A DNA stretch of 64,000 bases from Polyangiales bacterium (lineage in GTDB: Bacteria; Myxococcota_A; Polyangia; Polyangiales; Polyangiaceae). Under the pieces are notes generated by a model. That model did no database searches. It was not told where the DNA came from and was given only the letters and a program-made list of their open reading frames with translations. The stretch spans positions 96,001-160,000 of the forward strand of contig JBBRNJ010000004.1 of assembly GCA_038230375.1 (NCBI GenBank), in the 5' to 3' direction. Positions within the stretch are counted from its first letter, which is position 1. Every line of letters begins with the position of its first letter. A program made the position numbers and the translations under genes. Of the stretch, positions 27,479 to 38,157 are shown piece by piece.

Positions 27479-29562
27479 CCGCCGCGCGCAGCCGCGTGCG
27501 AAGAGCCTGCGTTCTCACCTTCGCGGCGTCGGCCCTCTTTGGCGCAGCGCCAGCGTCCGCGCAGCCTGCGACCTGGACCACGCCCCGCGGTGTCGCAGTT
27601 CTACGCACGAATGCCGCCAGGGCCACGCTCGCCCTTGCCGTTGAGGCGCCCGACCTGCGGAAGCAGCGCGAGGTTCTACGCCGCGCAGAGGCGGAGTACG
27701 CGCTGGCAGCGGACGCCTGGCTACTCGCGGTCCAGAAGGACAATGGAGGGCCGGCTCCTCGTGACGGCCTCTTCTGGTTGGCGGATGCGCGTCGTCACCG
27801 GCTGCGCATCCAGGCCGTGCAGGTAGGGGAGGACACTGCGGCAGTGGCGCCCACTCGTGGCGACATCAACGAGGCGCTCGCAGCGTCGGTCGCGGCGCTC
27901 GCCACGCGTGGCTGTGACAACGTCGGTCAGGCCGCATTCTTCGTCGTGGATCTGATCGACCTTGATCGCGACATGGCGTTTCTCCGCAACGAGCGCACAC
28001 ACGGCGCGAGCGGCGTCCCGAAGCGCAAGGAGGTCCAGTTCGACAGCAACGACCTCATGACTCGCAACGTCGTGAGCGCTCCCATGCCGGGCGTCGTGCA
28101 GAATGCCATTCTTGCGCGCGATCTCTACGTCGCGCGAGTTCCCCCGGCGGAGGATCTTCTGCAGGTCGCGCCCGCGTATCGGTACTACGGCGGTGAACAG
28201 CACGTCCTCTATGGCCACTTCGATGAAGCGCGGAGGCGTCTGCAGCCGTTGTGGACCGAACGCTGCGGCAAGGACGAGTACGGGTACAAGGCCTGGGAGC
28301 AGCTCATGGTGATGGCCAACCTGGAGCGCGACGTCGCGAAGGCACGAGCGCTAGCAGAGGCTGAGCAGAAGACGTCGTGCGCGATCGGCGGAGCCGCGCC
28401 GCCACCCGTCGGAGACCCGGTGTACGTTGACGCTCGCCGCAAGTTTGCCGCCGCCCAGAAGGCGAACGGATCGGAACGCGCAAAGCTCTGGCTGGAGGCT
28501 GCGGCTCTCTACGAACTTGCATTCGACACTGCCCCGGCTCGCAGAGAGGCCGTCGAAGGAGCGTTCAACGCCGCGTATGCGTACAAGCAGATCGGCAATC
28601 ACGAGAAGCCAACGGTGCTCTACGCAAAGCTGGTTGCTGAGTACGGCTCGGAGGAGCGGCTGCAGAAGCTCCAGCTCGGCGACCCATCGAACCGCATAGC
28701 GCCATCTCTCCAGGAGTATGCGGAGCGCGCGAAATACACGCTCGAGGCGATGGAGCTACTCGCCACTAGCTTCTATTCGCGCTTCGACTACGGGCGCGCA
28801 GCGGAGACGTACACGCGCGTCGCATCGAACGTGCGTTTTTCGTCCGACCGCCGCCGTCAGGCGTCGACCAACGCGCTCATCCTCTTTGCGAATCTTGGCT
28901 GGAGGACGGAGCTTGTCGGTGCTCGTTCCCTGCTCATGCACGACAATCCGTCCGAAGAAGAGAGGCTCGCAGCCGACTACGTCGTTGCCAGCTACGACTA
29001 CGAGCGGGCGGCGCGCGATCCGGCAGTCGCACGAGAGGTGAGCCGCGCGCTGTCGGGTTTCTTCCACGCGTATGAACGGACGGGGGACCGGCGCGTGGTC
29101 GAGGCGGCGTACCGTCTTGCCAAGCTCGCCCCCAAGACCGGTGCGGGCGCCGCATCCGTCTGGTTTCGCCGCGTCGTTGCGAGCTGGGAGCGGGCGACCG
29201 CAAAGGACACCGCACACCGCGACATGACGCGCGCGCCCTGGGTCGACTACGCCGCGATGGCGCAGCTAGCGTTGGTCGATGACGATGTCCGCGCTGCGGT
29301 CGAGTCGCGTGCACCAGCGGCGCGCAACCGCGATGCGGCGATGCGGCTCGACTCCGCGCTGCGGACGATCGCTGCGCTCTACCCTGGAAGCGACGTGACC
29401 CAGGACATCGCACGTTCGCGCGCCCATCTTCAGCTCGTCATGACGTTGCATGGCGACGCGAAAGCGCGCGCCTACGTCAACGCGATGCCCAACCTGCTCG
29501 AGCTCGGCCGTCCAGTCGCAGTGGGCACTCACGATATTCGGCTTGCACCACTTCCGCCCTGA
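27475..29562 (+). CDS. Secreted TPR-repeat protein
   Basis: GTG overlaps the upstream TGA; signal peptide ending ASA; TPR-like helices (YGHFDEARRRL, FNAAYAYKQIG, FDYGRAAETY). Confidence 0.65.
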   Translation: MTAARSRVRRACVLTFAASALFGAAPASAQPATWTTPRGVAVLRTNAARATLALAVEAPDLRKQREVLRRAEAEYALAADAWLLAVQKDNGGPAPRDGLFWLADARRHRLRIQAVQVGEDTAAVAPTRGDINEALAASVAALATRGCDNVGQAAFFVVDLIDLDRDMAFLRNERTHGASGVPKRKEVQFDSNDLMTRNVVSAPMPGVVQNAILARDLYVARVPPAEDLLQVAPAYRYYGGEQHVLYGHFDEARRRLQPLWTERCGKDEYGYKAWEQLMVMANLERDVAKARALAEAEQKTSCAIGGAAPPPVGDPVYVDARRKFAAAQKANGSERAKLWLEAAALYELAFDTAPARREAVEGAFNAAYAYKQIGNHEKPTVLYAKLVAEYGSEERLQKLQLGDPSNRIAPSLQEYAERAKYTLEAMELLATSFYSRFDYGRAAETYTRVASNVRFSSDRRRQASTNALILFANLGWRTELVGARSLLMHDNPSEEERLAADYVVASYDYERAARDPAVAREVSRALSGFFHAYERTGDRRVVEAAYRLAKLAPKTGAGAASVWFRRVVASWERATAKDTAHRDMTRAPWVDYAAMAQLALVDDDVRAAVESRAPAARNRDAAMRLDSALRTIAALYPGSDVTQDIARSRAHLQLVMTLHGDAKARAYVNAMPNLLELGRPVAVGTHDIRLAPLPP

Positions 29563-29602
29563 GAGCACCCGGTCGTGGAACGCGCGCGTGGACAACGAGA
29601 CC

Positions 29603-30715
29603 CTACGGCTTTCGCTTCTTCGGCAGTGGCTTTGGCGGATCCTTGTCGGGACCGACCAGGCCTAGTTCGTTTGCCATCTCCAGGTTGTCGGCATAGCGCA
29701 CGCCCTTCTGGATACGAAAGTACTTGAGCTGCAGGACGTCAACGAAGTGCGATTGCACGAAGTGGTGTGTGGGGGGGATCTTGAGTGAGCCCAGCGGCAA
29801 CAGCCCCTCGTGCGTTCCCGTCCGCAGACACTCCTTCACCACGACGTCCTCGATCGCCCACACCTTGCAGGCGATCTTCTGGTCCGGGAGCGCCACCGCC
29901 AGCGCTGCGAACGCTCGCACGACCTCCGCCTTGCCGGTCAGCGGCGCCGGCGCGGCGTAGTCGTCCCACATGACGTCGTCGGCGAAGAACTCACTCCAGG
30001 TCTTTTCGTCACGCGCCTCCAGCGCGCGATCGAAGCCCTTGGCCATGTCCGCGTTCTTCACCTCGTCCGGTGAGGACTGGGACGTTCGCACGTCGGGCGT
30101 GCCCGCGGGCTGCAGGAGCACCTCGCGGATCTTGCCCTTGGGTGCGCCCGTCTGCGCGATCACCGTGGGCTCGTTCATCATGTCGTGCTCCTCCCGGATG
30201 AGGCCGTCAGAGGCGAACCACATGAGGCTGACGCCGTTCGCCCCGTAGGGTTTGGCGCCGATCTTCCGGTTGAGCGTGGCGGTGCCGGTTGCGGTCCATT
30301 CCACGATGGCGACGTCGCCCGCAAGGAGGATGCGCCGCGGGCCGTACTTGAGGTCGGGCGTCTCGTCGAAGGCCTTCTGCTCCTCGGCGCGGATCACATC
30401 ACGCCCTTTCCAGTCCGTCATGCCGGGCGCCTTGATCACGGCGTCCGTCGTGAAGAACCCAGCGATGGCGGCGGCGTCATGCGCGTTCTGCGCGTCGAAC
30501 GAGGCCCTGATGTCCACGACGCGCTTGTCGGCCACGTCTCCCGTGAGCGCGGTATCCAGCGGGTTCTCCAGCGTCCCCGCGTCCACATCGCCGCCCGCCA
30601 CGGTGCCTGCGGGCACATCGCCAGGCGAGTGCGCCGGCGTCGTGTTCTCGGCACCACACGCCGCGGCGAAGACGAGCGCCGTGGAGCCATGCAAGATGCG
30701 ACGAGCGAGCTTCAT
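29603..30715 (-). CDS. Lipoprotein with tandem SnoaL/NTF2-like (ester cyclase) domains
   Basis: Lipobox FAAAC; two NTF2-like repeats (NAHDAAAIAGFFTTDAV...EWTATGT; FFADDV...TGTHEG). Confidence 0.8.
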   Translation of the reverse strand: MKLARRILHGSTALVFAAACGAENTTPAHSPGDVPAGTVAGGDVDAGTLENPLDTALTGDVADKRVVDIRASFDAQNAHDAAAIAGFFTTDAVIKAPGMTDWKGRDVIRAEEQKAFDETPDLKYGPRRILLAGDVAIVEWTATGTATLNRKIGAKPYGANGVSLMWFASDGLIREEHDMMNEPTVIAQTGAPKGKIREVLLQPAGTPDVRTSQSSPDEVKNADMAKGFDRALEARDEKTWSEFFADDVMWDDYAAPAPLTGKAEVVRAFAALAVALPDQKIACKVWAIEDVVVKECLRTGTHEGLLPLGSLKIPPTHHFVQSHFVDVLQLKYFRIQKGVRYADNLEMANELGLVGPDKDPPKPLPKKRKP

Positions 30716-30782
30716 CGGGAACTTGTTCAGACTAGCGCATCGACGGCGCCGCGGAGGTAGTCGCGTGCGGCACGCAAGGCCG

Positions 30783-31754
30783 CTATTTCGTGATCATGTA
30801 CGTGCCGTCGACGTAGTTGCCGACGAACGAGAACGTCACCGAGTAGTCCCCCACGACAGCGATCGATTCGTTGTGCGACTCGAGCTCGAATTCGACGCCG
30901 GCTGGAGACGGAAACTTGGAGAGCAGTGCGGTGGACAGCGTGCCCATGCCCTTGCTCGCCGGAAACCGGCAGGTGGCGGAATAGCTGACAGGGTCGGTCG
31001 ACGTCGTGAAGAAGTTGAGCTGCATGGTACCTGCCGGAATGCCGTTCCATGCAAACACGATGTCCTGGGAGCGATCGATGGCCCCGCAGTCGATGCCGCC
31101 GTCACACGCGGGTGATGTCACGGTGAACGTGGGCACCGCCACCACGCTCAGGTTCGAGAACGCAGGCACCGTGTCGCCCATGGCGCTCACGCTGATCACA
31201 TCGCCGTTCTTCACCGCGACGCCGGCCTCACCAAGGCTCCCCTGATACTGGCCCCCGTCCACGGGATACACCGTCGTGCCCGGGGGAAGCATGCCCCCCT
31301 TGAAGGTCACCGGTCCCGCGCTGACCTTGATGGGCGCGGGTAGCGGCTGAGGTGCAGCGGCGTCCACGGGACTACAGACAACGAGCGTGCAATCGCCCGC
31401 GATCGTCGTCGCGCATGTGCGGCGTGGGTCCGGCCCAGCGTCGACGATCGCGTTGGACTGGAAATCCGCGAACACGCTCCACTGAGTCTGCTGTGGCAGC
31501 ACGTATTGGACGACATCGACGGTGCCGACGTGAGCGGGATTCGCGGGGCCGCCACCCGCATCGCCTGCGGGCCCGGCGTCGGGCTCGCTGCCTCCGCCGT
31601 CGATTTGCCCTGCGGCTTCGTACGCAGCGTCGCCCTGGCCTCCGCGGCCATCACCTCCGCTCGACGAAGAGGAGCACGCTGCGAAGATGCCAACCACCGC
31701 AATGGCGGCGGCGACTGCGCCTCCAACGATCCGGAGAGTTTCGTGACGTGACAT
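30783..31754 (-). CDS. Hypothetical lipoprotein
   Basis: Lipobox IFAAC, DAG linker, beta-rich Cys-containing domain. Confidence 0.7.
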   Translation of the reverse strand: MSRHETLRIVGGAVAAAIAVVGIFAACSSSSSGGDGRGGQGDAAYEAAGQIDGGGSEPDAGPAGDAGGGPANPAHVGTVDVVQYVLPQQTQWSVFADFQSNAIVDAGPDPRRTCATTIAGDCTLVVCSPVDAAAPQPLPAPIKVSAGPVTFKGGMLPPGTTVYPVDGGQYQGSLGEAGVAVKNGDVISVSAMGDTVPAFSNLSVVAVPTFTVTSPACDGGIDCGAIDRSQDIVFAWNGIPAGTMQLNFFTTSTDPVSYSATCRFPASKGMGTLSTALLSKFPSPAGVEFELESHNESIAVVGDYSVTFSFVGNYVDGTYMITK

Positions 31755-31842
31755 CAGGCTTCCTTCTTCTCACAGCAGTACGGCCGTCGTCTACCATTGC
31801 AAGACCGCGCGCTCACGCTGCGTGGTCTTCACGTTCACATGT

Positions 31843-33036
31843 TCAGACCAGCGTCTGCACGGCGCCGCGGAGGTAGTCGCGTGCGATGACCATGGTGTGG
31901 ACCTCGTCCGGGCCGTCGGCGATGCGGGCGGAGCGGGCGAAGCGGTACCACGTGGAGAACGGCATGTCCTCGCTGATGCCCAGGCCGCCGTGCATCTGGA
32001 TCGCGTCATCCAGCAGCTTCACCAGGAGCTGCGCGACGTGGTTCTTCGCCATGGAGGAATAGGGCCGCGCCTCCTTGTCCCTGCCCTGCTCCAGCATCTG
32101 CGCGCAGTGCAGCGTCATCAGATTGCCTGCGTGCATGCCCGCCACCGCGTCCGCGACCATCTTCTGGACCGCCTGATGACGTGCGAGCTCCTTGCCAAAG
32201 CTCGTTCGCGACAGGATGTACGGCTTGCACAGGTCAAGCGCGCGATCGCACAGGCCCAGCCACCGCATGCAGTGCGTGAGTCGCGCGGGAACCAGGCGGG
32301 CCTGCGCCATGCGGAAGCCCTCGCCCACACCACCCAGGACGGCGTCCTCCGAGACGCGCACACCGTGGAATTTCAGCTCTGCTTCGCGGTGCGCGAGCAG
32401 CGGCGGCGCCATCACCGGGATGTCGCGCACGTGCTCCACACCCTTTGCGTGGCGGTCGACCACGAACATGGTGGCGCCCATCTTCGGGTCCTCGCTGGTG
32501 CGCGCCATCACGATGAGCACGGACGCAGCGCCGCCGCCCGTCGTGTACCACTTGTGTCCGTCGATGACCCAGTCGTCGCCGTCCTTCGTGGCCTTGGTCT
32601 TCAGGTTCGACGGATCTGCGCCGGCGCCGGGCGCGGGCTCCGTCATGGAGAAGCCGCTCGTGATCTCTGCCTTCACAAGCGGCATGAGCCAGCGCTCCTT
32701 CACGGAGGCTGAGCCCGCGCGGAGCAGCAGATCCATGTTGCCCTGATCCGGCGCGTCGCAATGGAACGCCGCGGCGCCGACGAACGAGCGCCCCATCTCG
32801 CGGAAGAGCGCGGCCATTCCCATGGGGCCAAGGCCCAGGCCACCGTACTCCTTGGGCAGGTGCGGCGTGTAGAGTCCGCGCTCACGGGTCATCGCGCGCA
32901 GGCGCGTGAGCGTGTCCGTCTTCTTCTCCTGATCTTCGGCGACGATCTTCGCCTCGTTCGGAATCACGTGCTCGTCGACGAACGCTCGCACCTGCTTCCG
33001 CAACGCCGACAGCTCAGGGGTGAGGAGGAAATCCAT
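31843..33036 (-). CDS. Acyl-CoA dehydrogenase (ACAD10/11- or LvaC-like)
   Basis: APDQGNM, FSMTEP, GHKWY, AQARLVPARLTHC, AIQMHGG and RIADGPDEVH motifs. Confidence 0.92.
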   Translation of the reverse strand: MDFLLTPELSALRKQVRAFVDEHVIPNEAKIVAEDQEKKTDTLTRLRAMTRERGLYTPHLPKEYGGLGLGPMGMAALFREMGRSFVGAAAFHCDAPDQGNMDLLLRAGSASVKERWLMPLVKAEITSGFSMTEPAPGAGADPSNLKTKATKDGDDWVIDGHKWYTTGGGAASVLIVMARTSEDPKMGATMFVVDRHAKGVEHVRDIPVMAPPLLAHREAELKFHGVRVSEDAVLGGVGEGFRMAQARLVPARLTHCMRWLGLCDRALDLCKPYILSRTSFGKELARHQAVQKMVADAVAGMHAGNLMTLHCAQMLEQGRDKEARPYSSMAKNHVAQLLVKLLDDAIQMHGGLGISEDMPFSTWYRFARSARIADGPDEVHTMVIARDYLRGAVQTLV

Positions 33037-33094
33037 GCGGAACCAATATCACCAACGCAGGCTGCTGCTCTACGGCGGGTAACAGAGGTGTCGT

Positions 33095-33565
33095 TCAGAG
33101 CGTCTTCGACAGGAAGATGCTCGCCACGATCTTGTGCGGCGACATCTGCGCATAGGCGCCGAACGCCGCGCAGTCCGTGAAGCCGTAGCGGCGATAGAGC
33201 CGGAGCGCATCGACCTGCTTCGTGCCCGTCTCCAGGCACACCGTGGAGAGACCAGCGCCACGCGCCTCCGCTTCCAGCCGCTCGAGCACGGCACGCGCGA
33301 CGCCGGTCCCGCGCGCGGAAGGCCGCACGTACATGCGCTTCACCTCCGCGAAGTCATCGAACAGCGCCACACCACCGCAGCCGACAGCGGCGCCGGCCAC
33401 TGACGCGATGAAGAAGCGCACGTGCGGCCCGAATATCGCGTCGAGCGAGAGCCCGTGACGCTGCTCCGCGGGATACTCCGCAGAGAGCACTTCCTCTAGC
33501 TCACTCACCAGCGCGCGCACGTCGTCGGTGGGACCTGAGACGACTGTGATCGCGAGCGGCGACAT
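33095..33565 (-). CDS. GNAT family N-acetyltransferase
   Basis: EVKRMYVRPSARGTG, LETG and LYRRYGF motifs. Confidence 0.9.
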   Translation of the reverse strand: MSPLAITVVSGPTDDVRALVSELEEVLSAEYPAEQRHGLSLDAIFGPHVRFFIASVAGAAVGCGGVALFDDFAEVKRMYVRPSARGTGVARAVLERLEAEARGAGLSTVCLETGTKQVDALRLYRRYGFTDCAAFGAYAQMSPHKIVASIFLSKTL

Positions 33566-33615
33566 GCGAACTTCAGGCTACCACCGCTCGATCGCGTGCG
33601 TGATAGCGTCCGAGG

Positions 33616-34911
33616 GTGGAGAAGAGCAGCGCGTCGCGTGCCGGCCCCGTCTTCCTGTACTTCGGGCCGCTCACGCTGCTGGTCTACCTCGTATTGCCGA
33701 GCAGCTACCTGCTCGACATCGCCACGTCGTACATGCTGAAAAACCAGCTGCACGCGAGCGCGATGCAGGTGTCGACCTTCCGGCTCTTCACCGCCATCCC
33801 CGTGTACCTGTCGGTCGTCTTCGGGCTCACGCGCGATCGCTGGAATCCGTTCGGGCTGCGAGACCGCGGGTTCTTTCTGATCTTCGCGCCGGTGACCGCT
33901 GCCATCTTCGTGTGGCTCGCGTTCACCAACGTGTCGTACGGGGGCCTGTTCGCTGGGGTGTTCCTGGTGATGCTGACGTTCAGGTTCATCTCGGCGGCGT
34001 ATCAGGGCCTCATGGCGCTCGTCGGACAGGAGCAGCTCGTGTCGGGCCGGCTCTCCGCGCTGTGGAACATCGTCTCGACGATCCCCTACGTCGCCGGCGG
34101 TCTCGCCTCGGGCTATCTCGCGGAGCACCTTCCGCCACGCCAGACATTCCTCTTGATCGCCGGACTGACGATGCTGATCGCCGCGATGGGTTTGTGGAAG
34201 CCGCGCGCCGTGTTCGGAAAGGTCTACGAGCAACCGCTCGCGCGCGGCTCGACACTCATCGGTGACGTACGACGTCTGCTACGGCACAAGGCGATCTACG
34301 CGCCCGTCCTGATGATGTTCCTCTTCCAGTTCTCGCCGGGGTCGAACACACCCTTGCAGTTCTATCTGACGAATGAGCTCCACGCGTCCGACGCGATCTA
34401 CGGCTTCTACAACGCCATCTTCCAGGCGGCGTTCCTTCCCGTCTACTTGCTCTACGGCTTCCTGTGCAAGCGGGTGCCGCTCGGGAAGCTGCTGTTCTGG
34501 GGCACCGTCATCGCGGTCCCGCAGATGATCCCGCTCGCGTTCATCCGCACCCCCCACGCGGCGCTCGTGCTCGCGGTCCCCATGGGCATGATGGGCGGCA
34601 TCGTCTTTGCGGCGCTCTACGATCTGGCCATGCGCTCGTGCCCACCAGGACTGCAGGGCACACTCATGATGCTGGTAGACGGTGTCTACCTCCTCTCCTA
34701 CCGCGGAGGCGACGTCCTTGGCTCGTGGATCTACGGGAGCAGCCCGAAGCACGGCTTCCAGTACTGCGTGATAGCGATCACAGTCGTGTACGCCTCCATC
34801 CTGCCCGTCCTGCTGCTCATCCCGAAGTCACTCACCGCGACCGCAGACGGCGAAAAGAACCCAGTGCAGGACGCCAAGGTACTGGCCGAAATCCGGGGCG
34901 CTGCGACCTGA
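33616..34911 (+). CDS. MFS transporter (folate/biopterin BT1-like)
   Basis: About 12 TM segments, FGLTRDRW and LAMRSCPPGLQGT; GTG start. Confidence 0.8.
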   Translation: MEKSSASRAGPVFLYFGPLTLLVYLVLPSSYLLDIATSYMLKNQLHASAMQVSTFRLFTAIPVYLSVVFGLTRDRWNPFGLRDRGFFLIFAPVTAAIFVWLAFTNVSYGGLFAGVFLVMLTFRFISAAYQGLMALVGQEQLVSGRLSALWNIVSTIPYVAGGLASGYLAEHLPPRQTFLLIAGLTMLIAAMGLWKPRAVFGKVYEQPLARGSTLIGDVRRLLRHKAIYAPVLMMFLFQFSPGSNTPLQFYLTNELHASDAIYGFYNAIFQAAFLPVYLLYGFLCKRVPLGKLLFWGTVIAVPQMIPLAFIRTPHAALVLAVPMGMMGGIVFAALYDLAMRSCPPGLQGTLMMLVDGVYLLSYRGGDVLGSWIYGSSPKHGFQYCVIAITVVYASILPVLLLIPKSLTATADGEKNPVQDAKVLAEIRGAAT

Positions 34912-34957
34912 AAGGCGTTCGTTGAAATTTGTGCCGCCGCCGGAACGACCGGAGAAG

Positions 34958-35851
34958 ATGAACAGCTCCACTGCGCACGCCCCCTTTTCGTCCCGAGAAG
35001 CAGAGGCGCTGGAGAGCCACTATCGCCCTGGATTCGCGGTGGCATTCGGTCGCCTCATGCACGCCGTCAATCGGGTCTGGTTTCGCTTCTCGCTCCGCGG
35101 GCAGCTGAACGTCCCGAACACACCGTGCCTCTTCGTCGGCAATCACAGCGGGATCGGCATCGCCGACGTGCTCTGCCTGCTTGGCGGGTGGCTGGCACAC
35201 ACGAAGGGACGTCGTCGCTTCGTCGGCATGATGCACAAGATGTTCATCCAGACGCCCGTCGTCGGACACATTGCGGCTGCGTTCGGCGCGGTGCCAGCGA
35301 ATCCCGATAACGCGAAGGCCGCGCTGCGACGAGGCTATGACGTGGCCACCTTCCCCGGAGGGGATCTGGATTCATGCCGCCCGTTCACCGAGGCGCGGCG
35401 CGTGGTGTTCGGCGGTCGCCGGGGCTACGTGCGCCTGGCACTGGAGACCGGCGTTCCCATCGTGCCGGTCGCAACGATCGGCTCCCATTTCACGTACACG
35501 CTGCTCCCCGGCGGCGCGGCGATCGCGCGCATCACGCGCATGAAGCAGTGGGGACGCTGCGAGAAATTCCCGCTGGTGCTCGGGACGCTGGTCGCGCTCC
35601 TCGTGGCGGCGCTGGCGCTCGCGAACGTGGTCCCGTGGTGGCTTGTGCCAGTCGCCGTGCTCCTTGCGCTGGTGCCAAACCCCGTCCGCGTCACGAGCGC
35701 GTTCCTCCCGCCCATCGACGTGACGTCCGCCACCGCGCACATCACCAACGAGTCGGAGCGCATCGAGGCGGCACACGCGATGGTCCACGAAGCGCTCTCC
35801 AAAGCCGTCGCCACGATGCAACACGCTCCATCGACAGAGACCGAAGGCTGA
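34958..35851 (+). CDS. Phospholipid/glycerol acyltransferase (PlsC/DGAT2-like)
   Basis: VGNHSG...D, FPGG, GYVRLA and VPIVPV motifs; GGAG RBS before ATG 34958. Confidence 0.85.
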   Translation: MNSSTAHAPFSSREAEALESHYRPGFAVAFGRLMHAVNRVWFRFSLRGQLNVPNTPCLFVGNHSGIGIADVLCLLGGWLAHTKGRRRFVGMMHKMFIQTPVVGHIAAAFGAVPANPDNAKAALRRGYDVATFPGGDLDSCRPFTEARRVVFGGRRGYVRLALETGVPIVPVATIGSHFTYTLLPGGAAIARITRMKQWGRCEKFPLVLGTLVALLVAALALANVVPWWLVPVAVLLALVPNPVRVTSAFLPPIDVTSATAHITNESERIEAAHAMVHEALSKAVATMQHAPSTETEG

Positions 35852-35883
35852 AGAACTCGGCAATCGGGGCGGCCCATCGCGCT

Positions 35884-36906
35884 ATGATGAGCGTTATGGG
35901 TCTACGAGGCTCCGCAGCGACCGCAGGTGTCTTCGCCGTCGCCGTGCTCATCATGGCCGCGATCGGCGCATGCGGGAGCAACTACTCCTCTGACGCTGGG
36001 GTCTTCACGAGCCCCCCGAAGGCGGATGCGTCCTCGCACGACAGTGGCTCGGAGCTGGCAGACTCCGACGTCACGGATGGTGGAGCTGGAGAGGACGTCG
36101 CGCTGGGTCCGTGCGATCTCGAAAAGCCCTTCGGTGCGCCTGCGAACGTCGCGAGCTTGAACTCGGCGTCGAACGACGCCATCGCGCGCCTCACCGGTGA
36201 TGAGCTCGAGGTGTTCTTCGCGTCGGAGCGCGAAGGTGGCGCGGGCGCGAGCGACATCTTCCATGCAAAGCGCGCCAGCCGCAACGCCGCGTTCGGTACG
36301 CCATCGCCCGTCACTGGCGTGAACACCGCGGGCAACGAGTACGATCCCGCCATCAACGAGAACGGCCTCGAGCTCGTGGTCTCACAGTACAAGGACGCAA
36401 CCAACCACTTCGATCTGTTCCTCTCGACACGAGCGTCGACCGCAGGCAATTTTGGTCCGGGCGTCGCGCTCGCAGCGCTCAACGGCACGGACGACGACAC
36501 GGAGCCGTCATTCGCGCGTCATGACGCCACGCTGTGCTTCGCGCGGCGGTCGGCCGACATCTTTTGCTCGGACGCAGTGGCGGGCGCATACGGCGCGCCG
36601 GTGGCGCTCAACGCGCTCACGACCGGCTTTGCAGGACTGCCTTTTCCCACGTCGAGCGAGGACGGGCTCACCATGTATTTCGCCTCGATTCGCCCATCGG
36701 GAGCAGGGGCCGCCGACATCTGGATCGCTCATCGAGCCACGCTGGCCGCAGCGTTCGGCGCGCCAGTCAGCGTCGCCGAGCTCAACTCGTCTGCGGACGA
36801 TCAGCCCACGTGGCTGTCGCTGGACGGGTGCCGTCTCTACTTCACCAGCACCCGCGGAGGCGGAGCCGGCGGCAACGACATCTACGTGGCAGAGAAGCCG
36901 CTCTGA
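35884..36906 (+). CDS. Lipoprotein with PD40 (TolB-like) repeats
   Basis: Lipobox AIGAC; repeats of DGL(T/E)xYF(A/T)SxRxGGxGxxDI(W/F/Y). Confidence 0.82.
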   Translation: MMSVMGLRGSAATAGVFAVAVLIMAAIGACGSNYSSDAGVFTSPPKADASSHDSGSELADSDVTDGGAGEDVALGPCDLEKPFGAPANVASLNSASNDAIARLTGDELEVFFASEREGGAGASDIFHAKRASRNAAFGTPSPVTGVNTAGNEYDPAINENGLELVVSQYKDATNHFDLFLSTRASTAGNFGPGVALAALNGTDDDTEPSFARHDATLCFARRSADIFCSDAVAGAYGAPVALNALTTGFAGLPFPTSSEDGLTMYFASIRPSGAGAADIWIAHRATLAAAFGAPVSVAELNSSADDQPTWLSLDGCRLYFTSTRGGGAGGNDIYVAEKPL

Positions 36907-37331
36907 GATGCGGGCGCGTCGAAGTAGCCCTTCATCTCTTTCCTGAAGAGCAGGTAGAAGATGCCGCCCACCATGATCACCGAGAAGCAGGTCGCGAGCG
37001 ACGCGACCGCGTAGCCAATGGACGAGTAGAGCGCGAGCTTCGAGCGCTTGCGGAGCAGCAGGTGGTTCAGCCCTGCCCAGGCGCCCATCACGATCACGTA
37101 GGGGAGCGCGACATAGAGGAACTGCATTTGATAGGCAGCGACCTGCGATGGGTCGATGTCCAGCTGCGGGAGCGCAGCCGAACGTCCGATGCGTAGGAAC
37201 GTGGTGAAGATCGCGAGCGCGTTGACCGCGTTGAGCCCCGCCATGAAGAGCTGGAGGTAGCCGCAGTTCCGCGCGTTCTTGCGCGCCTCTTCCTGCGGGT
37301 CAGGCGGCGCGGGCAGGTTCGGGAGGTTCAC
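36882..37331 (-). CDS. Small integral membrane protein
   Basis: 3-4 hydrophobic segments; GTG 37331 with upstream AGGA; 25-bp convergent overlap with the neighbouring gene. Confidence 0.6.
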   Translation of the reverse strand: MNLPNLPAPPDPQEEARKNARNCGYLQLFMAGLNAVNALAIFTTFLRIGRSAALPQLDIDPSQVAAYQMQFLYVALPYVIVMGAWAGLNHLLLRKRSKLALYSSIGYAVASLATCFSVIMVGGIFYLLFRKEMKGYFDAPASQSGFSAT

Positions 37332-37419
37332 GGTCCTGATGGTGCCACAGCTGACGCGCAGCCCTGTACAGATTCGCCCGCCGGCGCCACTGGCATGTCG
37401 CGGAGAAGATACACACAAC

Positions 37420-37939
37420 GCGATGCGTGAATTGGTGCTGGTGAACCAGGTGACGTGTGGCGCGGGCACCGTGCAGCGGCGCAGTTTTGCGCCAATGCGC
37501 TTGATTGACGCTGCGATCCGGGGCGGGAGCCGGCGGCATCACCATTGCTCTCATGAACAGACATGCGCTCACTCCTGGCTCTCGTTCCGCGGCGTACTTC
37601 AACGCAGCGTTCGCGCCTGCCGCCGCGCTCACGGTATCCGACCCCAGCGGGCCCAGCGCGAGGACGAAGGGGTCGAAGCTCGCAGTGGGTCAGTCCGGGA
37701 CCATCGATCTCAGTCTTTACGGCGATCAGGCGATGGCGGCGTTCAAGGTCAGTGCGCTCGATGCCAGTGAGTCCCCGATACTCGACTTCAAGTTCGACAA
37801 GACCAGCGGCAAATCGGGCGACACCGTGAGACTGACAGTGACTCTCAAGTCTGCACCGCAGAACGGCATCGAGCCGTTCGTCATCGAGTCCACGCCGAAC
37901 GGCGTGACGAATGAGTGGTATGGCCTCGTGGGGCAGTGA
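37420..37939 (+). pseudogene. Probable remnant of the C-terminal part of a myxobacterial lipoprotein
   Basis: The frame YFNAA...TKGSKLAVGQSGTIDLSLY...FDKTSGKSGD...WYGLVGQ* is protein-like but has no signal peptide or good start. Degraded coding-like sequence lies upstream in another frame. Confidence 0.45.
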
Positions 37940-38157
37940 GTTCGGGGCGGACGGGCTCGCGCTGGGCGGGCGCGCGATTTCGCGCTCGGACCTGGGGGTC
38001 GTTCTAGAATACGAGGAACGAGTCAAACCCCAGATGGTGATTGATCGCGTGATGGCTGTCCGCGTACTGGTCGTTGTGATTCGAGTAGCCGAATCCCATC
38101 CGGACCTGGGACGTGACATCGCCCCAGAGTGAAGCTGCGAGCTGATAGGCTCGGCGC

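Noticed and set aside
29603..35851. SnoaL-like, acyl-CoA dehydrogenase, GNAT and acyltransferase genes as NRPS tailoring enzymes
   Set aside because: They lie more than 8 kb from the cluster, are separated by unrelated genes and are not co-transcribed with it; the SnoaL protein is exported.
38004..38099. Short His/Asn-rich peptide ORF (MGFGYSNHNDQYADSHHAINHH...) as a RiPP precursor
   Set aside because: No modifying enzymes nearby, weak RBS and no supporting pattern.
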